The notes: a model not told the origin generated them from the letters alone. Shown: positions 8,118 through 16,240, counted from the stretch's first letter. The stretch is DNA of 64,000 nucleotides from Pseudobdellovibrionaceae bacterium (GCA_020635055.1 JACKAN010000012.1:38672-102671); one strand, 5' to 3'. Numbers and translations: made by a program.

Positions 8118-8860
8118 TGCCAGGTTCCGAATCCGGGTCACAGCAAGTCAGATTCTAAGCGCTCAGATCATTTGAGCGCTTATCTTTTGCGAATTGAAAT
8201 TCAGATTTTCTCATCACGCTTCCCACTGTTGTTCAATCATCAGAATCCAGAATCTGTGTTTGAATTTAACCAACTTTCAATAAATCAGTCTTGATCAATT
8301 AGTTGTTTAGAGCCCATGCCGAAATATTCAAAATAAGATTATGATCCCTGTAATTCCTTAAAATTCCTTAAAATGGAATTGTTATTTTATATAGAAATTA
8401 TAATCCTGAATAAAATTATAACCTTGAATTACAATCAATATCTCAGATTTAGTATTCGATTTTTAATATTTTTTCAAGTTTTGTACTAGCTGCACAATGG
8501 TAAACGCATAACTAGCGGCTCCATACAAAAAGTTAAAATCATTCTAATAATTAAGCATTTAGATTTTTCTTTGAGTTAAACGAAGCTCTTCCTGCGCTTG
8601 CCAGACTATAGCCTGGAGGCTGCAGAAACAGTTTCGTTCAATGAGAAGCTTAAGGGGAAATATTTTTCTTCTGATTCTGATGAGGGAGTGAGACGTCATG
8701 CAAGGCTCGTGTGGGACCTAATTTTGGACAAACGGGCTACTTCGTTAGCCCCTGAGGCAATCATACATTCATGCGGAAAAACTTTGAAACCTTAACTCTT
8801 GGCCTTTCTTCTAAAGTTTTATGATCTAGTAGACAATCTTCTTTATTATTAATAACAAGG
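8115..8860 (-). mobile_element. Second decayed copy of the same IS630/Tc1-like element (relic C1). The upstream end is not identifiable, so the right boundary is approximate.
   Basis: Positions 8115-8385 align with 5284-5447 plus 6821-6900 of relic B. The minus-strand remnant ...DCLLDHKTLEE... (about 8790-8850) is followed by a stop-riddled HTH region down to about 8590. Confidence 0.55.
8156..8188 (+). terminator. Intrinsic terminator-like hairpin inside relic C1, 39 nt after the stop of the Cys-rich gene
   Basis: TAAGCGCTCA-GATCATT-TGAGCGCTTA forms a perfect 10-bp stem and is followed by TCTTTT. Confidence 0.55.
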
Positions 8861-8920
8861 TAAATACATCTAAACTTTTCTCTAGCTTTATTCTTTGTAA
8901 ACGGTTATTTGATTTTAACC

Positions 8921-9252
8921 TTAGCCTTTAACCTTAGCTTTAGTTCTTTTTCTTGCCCATATTAAAGTTTCTTCTCTTAGTTTTGAAATCTCTCCAATTC
9001 TACGATCTAAACATTGCTCTGATAAAGCTGAAAATTCAATCTCAATAACCTTGAGCCAACTGGCTTTCTTTGGTGAATAGTCCATCTTAAAATCTTTTCA
9101 GTTAAATTAAACGCTTTCTCTACCTCCATATTCTCATAAATTGACGTCGGATTATGGGTATCGAGGTTGTTCTGTGTTCGAAAATCGTCCTTTTTTGAGA
9201 CTCTATCTTCAAAATATCTACTTAAAATTATTAAAATTTTAGTTTTATACAA
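8921..9252 (-). pseudogene. C-terminal remnant of a different IS630-family transposase, 5'-truncated and frameshifted
   Basis: Minus-strand frames read ...QNNLDTHNPTSIYEN...LTEKILRW, then a frameshift, then DYSPKKASWLKVIEIEFSALSEQCLDRRIGEISKLREETLIWARKRT*. This matches the DNLxTH...YTPKHxSWLNxxEIE...QCLxRR pattern. Confidence 0.65.
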
Positions 9253-9290
9253 CTTTTGCTATAATTAATTGATAAGCAAAGTTGGGGATT

Positions 9291-10520
9291 ATGAGAATAA
9301 AAACTAAAATGACCTTAATATTTTCTTTAGTTGCAATTCTATTGTTTTTTCAGAACTGTTCCGCACCAGAGAGCCTGAATAGTAGTGAAGATAGCAAATC
9401 ATCAGCTTCCAATTTAGCCAGCAATTACAACGACATTAATGAAAAGGTAATAAAACCCAAGTGTCTTTATTGCCATTCTACTTTTAGTCCTGGCGGTGGA
9501 TTGGATCTTACAGATTTTGATACGATGATGGAATCCGGAACGATAATTCCTGGTGACCCCGAAGGGAGCTCATTTTACACCTCATTAGTAAATGGTTCTA
9601 TGCCGCCGACTACGCCATTAGATCCACAAAATATTCTAGCCATTGCTCAATGGATTGAAGATGGAGCAAGAGATGCCACTGGACAAATTGGTAATAAACT
9701 TCCCCTAGTTAATGCGGGTAATGATCTTTATATTTACGAACCACAAAACACAGTCACACTTAAGGGGTCTGCGTCAGATCCTGATGGAGTTGTAGTTGCA
9801 AAAGTATGGACACAAATTGAAGGTCCCAAAACTTTAAATATTGTTTCTCCAAATAATTTAACTACTGAAGTAACAGGTTTAAATGTGTTGGGACATTATG
9901 AATTTGAGTTGAGTGTTGAGGATGATAAAGGAGACATTGTTACGGACAGAGTAAAAGTGAGCTTGAATCCATTTAATAATCTACTTCCAGTAGTTTCTGC
10001 TGGCTTAGATATAAATATTCAATTGCCGGCCACTGCCACAAGCATTACGGCTTTAGCCGCCGACTCGGACGGTTCTATTGCAAATTATCTATGGACACAA
10101 AACTCAGGCCCATCTATAGCTAGCCTATCTAATGCAAACACTAAAACAGTAAGTATTAATGGGTTGTCGCTGGGAACCTATGTATTTAAAATCACTGTTA
10201 CCGACAATAAGGGCGCTGAATCCTTTGATTTAGTTAAAGTTATTGTCGATCCAGCAGCCATCGCTAGGACTTTTACAGATGTGAATAATACAATATTTAA
10301 ACCCAAATGTTTAAATTGCCACCAAGGTGGAAATGCACGCGGTGGATACAATATGGAAACATATGCACAAATAATGAGCTTGGTTGTTAAGAATAATGCC
10401 AATGAAAGCGGACTCTTTATTCGTTGCTGGGACGACACTATGCCTCCTGGTAATCCCTTGTCTAAAGCAGAAAAAGATAAGATCCGAGATTGGATCAACA
10501 CCAACGCCCCAAATAATTAA
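9291..10520 (+). CDS. Lipoprotein with two Planctomycete-type cytochrome-c (PSCyt1-like, CxxCH) modules flanking two PKD/Ig-like domains
   Basis: The lipobox is LFFQNC. The motifs KPKCLYCHS...GGLDLTDF...IIPGDPEGSSFY...MPP...IAQWIEDGA and KPKCLNCHQ...MPPGNPLS...IRDWI lie at the two ends. Two repeats of about 90 aa with AGxD...PDG...W(T)Q..GP lie between them. Confidence 0.65.
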   Translation: MRIKTKMTLIFSLVAILLFFQNCSAPESLNSSEDSKSSASNLASNYNDINEKVIKPKCLYCHSTFSPGGGLDLTDFDTMMESGTIIPGDPEGSSFYTSLVNGSMPPTTPLDPQNILAIAQWIEDGARDATGQIGNKLPLVNAGNDLYIYEPQNTVTLKGSASDPDGVVVAKVWTQIEGPKTLNIVSPNNLTTEVTGLNVLGHYEFELSVEDDKGDIVTDRVKVSLNPFNNLLPVVSAGLDINIQLPATATSITALAADSDGSIANYLWTQNSGPSIASLSNANTKTVSINGLSLGTYVFKITVTDNKGAESFDLVKVIVDPAAIARTFTDVNNTIFKPKCLNCHQGGNARGGYNMETYAQIMSLVVKNNANESGLFIRCWDDTMPPGNPLSKAEKDKIRDWINTNAPNN

Positions 10521-10528
10521 AGGCAATT

Positions 10529-10587
10529 AAAGGTACCAAGTCCCTTTTTACGTTGCGGTGAAACGTAAAAAGGGACTTGGTACCTTT
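10529..10587. repeat. 59-bp palindromic hairpin element, copy 2
   Basis: AAAGGTACCAAGTCCCTTTTTACGT-TGCGGTGAA-ACGTAAAAAGGGACTTGGTACCTTT starts 8 nt after the stop at 10520. Confidence 0.9.
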
Positions 10588-10616
10588 TGGTCACTGTGGT
10601 AGTTTTAGTTGTGACT

Positions 10617-11549
10617 ATGAAACGGCAAGCTTGGCAGAGTTTAGAACCGGGAGATATCGTTGATATTGTAGCTCCCGCATCTTCCAGTTCAGCAAAAGAT
10701 TTAAATAACGCACTTCGCTTTGTGCATAAAATGGGATTTGTGCCCCGTGTACCAAAAGATATTTTTGGTAAGGATTTGCTTTGTGCCAATACAGACAGTC
10801 AGCGTTTTAAACATTTAAAAAATGCCATTTATGCAAAGGACTCTAAAGTCATCTGGAGTTTACGTGGGGGCTACGGCTCTTTGCGATTAATGCCTGCTCT
10901 ATATAAACTTAAAAAACCAAAACATACTAAACTTTTTATTGGATATAGCGACACCACTGCACTTCATAATTTTTTTAATCAACAGTGGAACTCGCCCAGC
11001 CTACATGGAACGATGTTGGAAGAGTTGGGGCGCGGAGATGCTGGGCAACGGGAGCTGCGTGATTTTGTCCAAGTTTTATTTCAACTTACAGATAAATTGA
11101 ACTTCGATAACCTACAGGCTATGAATAGCCATGCAAGAAAAATACACACAATTAGAGCGCCTGTAGTTGGCGGTAATCTTGCCATCTTAGCTTCCACTTT
11201 AGGCACGCCATGGAATTTTTCTGCTAAGGGAAAAATTTTGGCTTTAGAAGACATAGGCGAACGCGGTTATCGCGTTGATCGTATGCTAGTTCAGTTAGAG
11301 CAAGCGGGAGTATTTAAAGGTGTTCGTTCTGTAATATTTGGCGACTTTGTTGGCGGTGAAGAAAATAAAGCAGAAGATTGCAAATACTTATGGCGAGATG
11401 TACAGAAAAGATTTGCTACAGAAGCAAAATTTCCTGTCTTAAAAGGATTACCTTTTGGTCACGGGGCTTTCCAAAGGCCGATGCCATTTAATACCTCAGC
11501 AAAATTACATTTAGGTCGTAAATGTTACTTACAGGTAGCCATTAAGTGA
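10617..11549 (+). CDS. ldcA: LD-carboxypeptidase (muramoyltetrapeptide carboxypeptidase, peptidase S66)
   Basis: The segments GDIVDIVAPASS, GYSDTTALH and the C-terminal FGHG are typical of S66. I prefer ATG 10617 because the upstream GTG lies inside the hairpin repeat. Confidence 0.85.
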   Translation: MKRQAWQSLEPGDIVDIVAPASSSSAKDLNNALRFVHKMGFVPRVPKDIFGKDLLCANTDSQRFKHLKNAIYAKDSKVIWSLRGGYGSLRLMPALYKLKKPKHTKLFIGYSDTTALHNFFNQQWNSPSLHGTMLEELGRGDAGQRELRDFVQVLFQLTDKLNFDNLQAMNSHARKIHTIRAPVVGGNLAILASTLGTPWNFSAKGKILALEDIGERGYRVDRMLVQLEQAGVFKGVRSVIFGDFVGGEENKAEDCKYLWRDVQKRFATEAKFPVLKGLPFGHGAFQRPMPFNTSAKLHLGRKCYLQVAIK

Positions 11550-12598
11550 CCTCTTTTGAAACACAGTTTCTCAGGCAATTAAATATAAAAGATACAATTC
11601 ATTTTTCTGATTACTGTGAATCTCTTTCTTTACAAGTCTATCAAAATGGGAAAAAGAAAATAGATTTTAGTTGGGGAGAAGACTATCTTTATTATGACTT
11701 AGCCTCGCTGACAAAACCCATTTTTACACTGTCTGCTTTTATTAAAATGACAGAAGAACATCCCCATTTATTAGAAATGGACGTGGGTGAAATTTTGGGT
11801 TGGCCCAATTATTTACAAGTGAAAGTTCGTCATTTATTGTCCCATGGCTCCGGCTTGACTTGGTGGAAACCTATCTACAAAAAAATTCATAATGGCAGTT
11901 GGCGGGATCGACGTGAACATCTAGCAAAATTACTACAGCAGGAGAAAACAAATCCTCAATCTGTAGCCATTTATTCTGATTTAGATTACTTGGTTTTAGG
12001 CTTTGTAATGGAAGTCTTGCTAAATAAAGATCTTCATCAATGTTGGTTGAGCTTGAAATCAAACTTTTCTAAAAACAGTTTGCATTTTGTAATTAATGAT
12101 CAGTTAAAAAATAAAAGAAGCTATGCACCCACATACTCCCATCAAATAGGACCGTCCTGGGTACAAGGTCTTGTGAACGATGCGAATACTCAAAGCTTAG
12201 GTGGCATAAGTAGTCATGCTGGACTTTTTGGGCAAATAGAAGATGTAAGCAATTGGTTGTTAATGTTAAGAAAATCTCTTCTTTCTAATTCGAATTCTCA
12301 TTTTGTAACTACAAAGACTATTAAAAAATTTATAAAAAGAGAGTTTTCACCAGGAAAAGGGGATTGGTCATTGGGGTTTATGTTGCCAAGCAATGATAGC
12401 AGTTCTGGAAAATACTTTTCAAAAAAGTCTGTGGGACATTTGGGTTTTACAGGAACTTCTTTTTGGTGGGACCCTAAAAAGGATGTATTTGTGGTCCTAC
12501 TAGCCAATCGCTACATTCAAGAAAATACTGGAGAAGAATTTAAGTCGCTCAGACCTAAAATTCATAATGCAGTTATGGAGTCCTTGGGATATGGATAA
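11546..12598 (+). CDS. Serine hydrolase of the beta-lactamase / class C PBP-like family
   Basis: The SxxK motif is ASLTKP, with YSD and HLGFTGTS (HxG box) also present. The start overlaps the ldcA stop by 4 nt. Confidence 0.8.
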   Translation: MTSFETQFLRQLNIKDTIHFSDYCESLSLQVYQNGKKKIDFSWGEDYLYYDLASLTKPIFTLSAFIKMTEEHPHLLEMDVGEILGWPNYLQVKVRHLLSHGSGLTWWKPIYKKIHNGSWRDRREHLAKLLQQEKTNPQSVAIYSDLDYLVLGFVMEVLLNKDLHQCWLSLKSNFSKNSLHFVINDQLKNKRSYAPTYSHQIGPSWVQGLVNDANTQSLGGISSHAGLFGQIEDVSNWLLMLRKSLLSNSNSHFVTTKTIKKFIKREFSPGKGDWSLGFMLPSNDSSSGKYFSKKSVGHLGFTGTSFWWDPKKDVFVVLLANRYIQENTGEEFKSLRPKIHNAVMESLGYG

Positions 12599-13745
12599 GT
12601 TTAGCGTTCGTGCTTTCCATGATTCCTTTGGCGAGCGCCCAGTTTTGATGAATCTGTCCTTCCCGCATTTTGGAAAAATGTTAATCGAATCTGAAGATGC
12701 TGCACAAAAATGGGAATGGTCTGTAGAATCCATGATTATTTCCAAGGGCGGGGCAAACAATCAGTTGTTTTTAATCACCCATAAAGATCAGCAGGGTTGG
12801 ATGCTTTATGTTCGAGACTATCAAGTAATAAAAGAGATTAAAAGACGATATCCACATAAAAAAGTGCCACCAAAAAATTTATTGGATACGGGAATTTCAT
12901 TGGCTCTAGCCGCGATATTGTTTTTGCTAGTCGCTATATTTGGCTTGTATATGGCAAAAGATTTTATTGCAGATAAAATTGTTAAAGAAATACCAAAAAA
13001 ATATGACAAAAAAATGGGAGAGTTTTTTGTAAACAACCTTGTGAGTAACGAAGAGACTAAAAGATTTGCTCGTGCAAATTCGGAACTGCAAAAATTGTTA
13101 GCTCCACTATTTAAAGTAGCAGAAAATGAAGCTTATGATTTTCAAGTATATATATCAGACAAAAAAGAAATCAATGCCTTTGCCTTGCCTGGAGGTATTT
13201 TAGTTTTTAATCGTGGGATGTTAGAAGCTGTAGACCATCCAGAAGAGATCGCGGGAGTCGCTGCCCATGAAATGGCCCATGTGGTGAAGCGCCATAGTTT
13301 TAGACAAATTTTATCAAGCTTGGGGACCTATTCTTTGTTCCAATTTTTTCTTGGCGATTATTCTGGAATTATGGCTGTTTTTGCTGACAACGGTGCATTT
13401 TTGCTAACAAGAATGTATTCCCGTGAAACAGAAAAAGAAGCAGATTTTGTTGGTCTTAATTATTTAAAAAAAGCGAATATTAATCCTAAGGGTTTAGTTT
13501 CTTTTTTTGATAAATTAAAGTTTGAGAATCAAAGAAAAATAGAGGAATTAGAAAAGAAGGGTATACCTTTAAGCAAAATAGATATTAGTTTAATATCCAC
13601 TCATCCAGATACGGACGAGAGGATTGCTTACCTGCAATCGCAAATTAGTAAGGAAATATCATCGAAGGAAAAAAAATATTTAGAGTTAAATATTGATCTT
13701 GAAAAATTTAAAAAATTGTTAGGATATCAACAAAAGGAAGATTAA
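12591..13745 (+). CDS. M48-family zinc metallopeptidase with an N-terminal soluble domain and one TM segment
   Basis: The HEMAHVVKRH (HExxH) motif, the downstream EKEADFVG and a THPDTDERI C-terminal motif are present, with the TM helix GISLALAAILFLLVAIFGLYMA. The start ATGGATAA overlaps the preceding stop. Confidence 0.85.
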   Translation: MDKFSVRAFHDSFGERPVLMNLSFPHFGKMLIESEDAAQKWEWSVESMIISKGGANNQLFLITHKDQQGWMLYVRDYQVIKEIKRRYPHKKVPPKNLLDTGISLALAAILFLLVAIFGLYMAKDFIADKIVKEIPKKYDKKMGEFFVNNLVSNEETKRFARANSELQKLLAPLFKVAENEAYDFQVYISDKKEINAFALPGGILVFNRGMLEAVDHPEEIAGVAAHEMAHVVKRHSFRQILSSLGTYSLFQFFLGDYSGIMAVFADNGAFLLTRMYSRETEKEADFVGLNYLKKANINPKGLVSFFDKLKFENQRKIEELEKKGIPLSKIDISLISTHPDTDERIAYLQSQISKEISSKEKKYLELNIDLEKFKKLLGYQQKED

Positions 13746-14407
13746 TGGAAGTCATAGAAAAGGGCCGAAGCTCCTTCACGCACTTAGCCGTTACATTAAA
13801 GCCAGGTGAAAAAATTATTTCTGAGTCTGGTGCTATGGCGAGCATGGATAAAGGCATCGATATCCATACAGAATTAAAGGGTGGACTATTAAGTGCCCTT
13901 GCCAGAAAAATATTTGGTGGAGAGTCCGCCTTCTTAAACACTTATTTTAATAAAGGCACTATTCCACAAACTCTAGTAATTAGTAAAATCACTCCTGGTG
14001 ACATTTACCGCCACGAACTCAACAATGAAGGCATTTATCTTCAACCAGGCTCTTTTGTTTGTTGTAGCCCTAGTGTGAGGCTGCAAGTAAAATGGGCGGG
14101 TTTTCGTTTTTTATTTGGTGGAGAAGGGATATTCCGGCTCTATGCCTCTGGGGTAGGTACAATTTGGATTGGAGTGTACGGCACATTAGTAGAAAAAGAA
14201 GTGCATGGAGAATTTATCGTCGATACTGGACATTTGGTCGCCTATCCACCAACAGTGAGATATAAAATACAACTTTCAGGTGGATTAATTTCTAGTTTTA
14301 CCAGTGGTGAAGGTTTAGTGGGACGCTTAGAAGGTAAAGGAAAAGTTTTATTGCAAACTCGTAGTTTGGGTGGACTCGTTAGTTGGCTAAACCCAAGATT
14401 AATTTAA
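13745..14407 (+). CDS. AIM24/DUF124 (TIGR00266-type) family protein, paralog 1
   Basis: The family pattern SGAMASMD...GGESAFLN...GGEGIFRL...VDTGHLVAY...SGEGLVGRLEGKGKVLLQTR is present. The ATG overlaps the M48 stop (TAATG). Confidence 0.85.
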   Translation: MEVIEKGRSSFTHLAVTLKPGEKIISESGAMASMDKGIDIHTELKGGLLSALARKIFGGESAFLNTYFNKGTIPQTLVISKITPGDIYRHELNNEGIYLQPGSFVCCSPSVRLQVKWAGFRFLFGGEGIFRLYASGVGTIWIGVYGTLVEKEVHGEFIVDTGHLVAYPPTVRYKIQLSGGLISSFTSGEGLVGRLEGKGKVLLQTRSLGGLVSWLNPRLI

Positions 14408-14419
14408 GGAAGAAATATA

Positions 14420-15106
14420 ATGGAAGTAGAATTAGTAAATAGACCTTCAAGTACGGTAGCAAAAGTAACACTTCACAGTGGTGAACATTTCATCGCTGAA
14501 GGTGGAAGTATGATTGCTATGAATGGCTCAATGAGAATTGAAACCTCCACATATAAAAGAGGTCAAGGCAATGTATTTAAAGCACTTAAAAGAATGCTCA
14601 CAGGAGAATCCTTTTTTCTCAATCATTATTACTCCAGTCAAAGCAAAGATGAGCTTTGGTTATCACATCCATTGCCTGGGGACATGGATGTCATTCACGT
14701 AGAAAAAGGCGCGGGCATTGTTGTTGCTGGGGGATCCTTTGTGGCCTGTGAAGATAATGTGGAAATGGACATGAGCTGGCAAGGTATGAAAAGTTTTTTT
14801 ACTGGCGAGAATTTATTTTGGTTAAAAATGTCCGGTGAAGGACCCCTTGTTGTGAGCTCTTATGGTTCTATTTACAAGGTGAAAGTGCAAGATGGCTATG
14901 TAGTAGATACAGGTCATGTTGTTGCTTTTGAGGACACTCTTGATTTTAAAATTACCAAAGCAGGAAGCAGTTGGTGGCATTCTTTTTTGGGTGGAGAAGG
15001 TTTAGTTATGGAATTTGCTGGACGTGGTTCGATTTGGTGTCAATCCCATAATGCCAATGAATTTGGTAGGCTCGTTGGACCATTATTAAAACCCAGAAAA
15101 CAATAG
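14420..15106 (+). CDS. AIM24/DUF124 family protein, paralog 2
   Basis: It shows GGSMIAM...TGESFFLN...VDTGHVVAF...GGEGLVMEFAGRGSIWCQS, with an RBS AAGGAAG upstream. Confidence 0.85.
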   Translation: MEVELVNRPSSTVAKVTLHSGEHFIAEGGSMIAMNGSMRIETSTYKRGQGNVFKALKRMLTGESFFLNHYYSSQSKDELWLSHPLPGDMDVIHVEKGAGIVVAGGSFVACEDNVEMDMSWQGMKSFFTGENLFWLKMSGEGPLVVSSYGSIYKVKVQDGYVVDTGHVVAFEDTLDFKITKAGSSWWHSFLGGEGLVMEFAGRGSIWCQSHNANEFGRLVGPLLKPRKQ

Positions 15107-15115
15107 GAGTATTGA

Positions 15116-15802
15116 GTGGATTTTAAATTCGAGATCATAGGTAAACCAGATTATAGTTATTTAAGAGTTCAAATTCCTAGTAACAAAACATTGAAAGTCG
15201 AAGCTAGTGCAATGGCAACAATGGATACGCAAATTCAGATGAAAACAAAAATGAAAGGTGGATTTGGTCGCATATTGAGTGGTGAAAATATTTTTATTAA
15301 TGAATTTACCTCCGTGGGATCTCCAGGAACTATTGAAATCGCACCTGGTCCTCCAGGGGATATTTCCCATGTACACTTATCATTAGGTGAGGTATTTTAT
15401 GTACAAAGTTCTTCCTATGTGGCCTCGTCCCTGTCCGTAAATATTGAAAGTCGTTGGCAAGGATTAGCCAGGGGGTTTTTTTCGGGTGCTGGATTGTTTT
15501 TAATTCGTTGTACTGGACCTGGAGATTTGTGGTTTAATTCTTTTGGTGGAATATTTCATATTGATGTAAAAGGGGAGACTGTAGTTGATAACGGACATAT
15601 TGTGGCCTTTACTTCTGGCTTAGATTACGACATCACTAAGGTGGGAGGTTATAAATCCTTGTTTTTATCTGGAGAGGGTCTAGTTTGTCGTTTCCGTGGG
15701 GAGGGAAAAGTTTGGGTGCAAAACCGTAAACTATCTTCCTTTGCAGCCTGGATACATCCATTCCGAAGGATTCAACGCAAAGATAATTCCATATCAACAT
15801 AA
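15116..15802 (+). CDS. AIM24/DUF124 family protein, paralog 3
   Basis: A GTG start follows the AGGAG RBS. It shows ASAMATMD...SGENIFIN...VDNGHIVAF...SGEGLVCRFRGEGKVWVQNR. Confidence 0.8.
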   Translation: MDFKFEIIGKPDYSYLRVQIPSNKTLKVEASAMATMDTQIQMKTKMKGGFGRILSGENIFINEFTSVGSPGTIEIAPGPPGDISHVHLSLGEVFYVQSSSYVASSLSVNIESRWQGLARGFFSGAGLFLIRCTGPGDLWFNSFGGIFHIDVKGETVVDNGHIVAFTSGLDYDITKVGGYKSLFLSGEGLVCRFRGEGKVWVQNRKLSSFAAWIHPFRRIQRKDNSIST

Positions 15803-15834
15803 AGTAACAATTTCGTAACAGTGTTGTTTCATAT

Positions 15835-15850
15835 TGGCACCCAAGTTGCT
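15835..15850 (+). promoter_or_regulatory. Candidate sigma-54 (RpoN) -24/-12 promoter
   Basis: TGGCACccaagTTGCT matches TGGCAC-N5-TTGCW with correct GG-N10-GC spacing. It lies 47 nt upstream of the ATG at 15897. Confidence 0.5.
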
Positions 15851-15896
15851 GTAGTATATGCCGATACGTTAATCTAAGAGAGAAGGAAGGTTTACT

Positions 15897-16178
15897 ATGA
15901 AAAAACTGACAAAATTAGGCTTACTGGCAGCTTTATTAGCATCACTATCGCTTTTTACTGCTTGTAGCTCAAAAGAAAAAGCACAAGAAGAAAATGCAGA
16001 ACAAGCATTGGTTGAACAAACTCAAGATATGATGGCGGACAATGAGCCCGTGTTTGAAGAGGAGTCAGCTCAGGAAACACCAGACATTGAAGACTCAGCG
16101 AGTAGTTATTCTGAAACAACTGCTCCCATAGCTGATGAGTCAGATTTAGGTGCTACATCTAGTGGTCTAGGCCATTAA
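15897..16178 (+). CDS. Small acidic lipoprotein
   Basis: The signal plus lipobox is MKKLTKLGLLAALLASLSLFTAC, and the mature part is rich in E and D. An RBS GAAGGAAGG lies upstream. Confidence 0.7.
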   Translation: MKKLTKLGLLAALLASLSLFTACSSKEKAQEENAEQALVEQTQDMMADNEPVFEEESAQETPDIEDSASSYSETTAPIADESDLGATSSGLGH

Positions 16179-16209
16179 TTGTTTTTAAATTATAAGTAAT
16201 TTATTAAAG

Positions 16210-16240
16210 GCAGTGTTGCTTTCTAACACTGCTTTTTTTT
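16210..16240 (+). terminator. Rho-independent terminator
   Basis: GCAGTGTT-GCTTTCT-AACACTGC is followed by T8. Confidence 0.7.

Noticed and set aside
5284-8154. The gene-repeat-gene-repeat arrangement looked like integron cassettes with attC sites.
   Set aside because: There is no integrase and no R''/R' (GTTRRRY) core sites. The repeats extend into decayed IS630-type transposase sequence and form a terminal inverted repeat pair.
8598-8795. Track ORFs without support include 8598-8795 (+), 22386-22703 (-), 36137-36553 (+), 10178-10789 (-) and many short antisense ORFs inside large genes.
   Set aside because: They lie antisense to, or overlap, well-supported genes or decayed transposase sequence. 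They have no RBS or family resemblance and show low-complexity composition.
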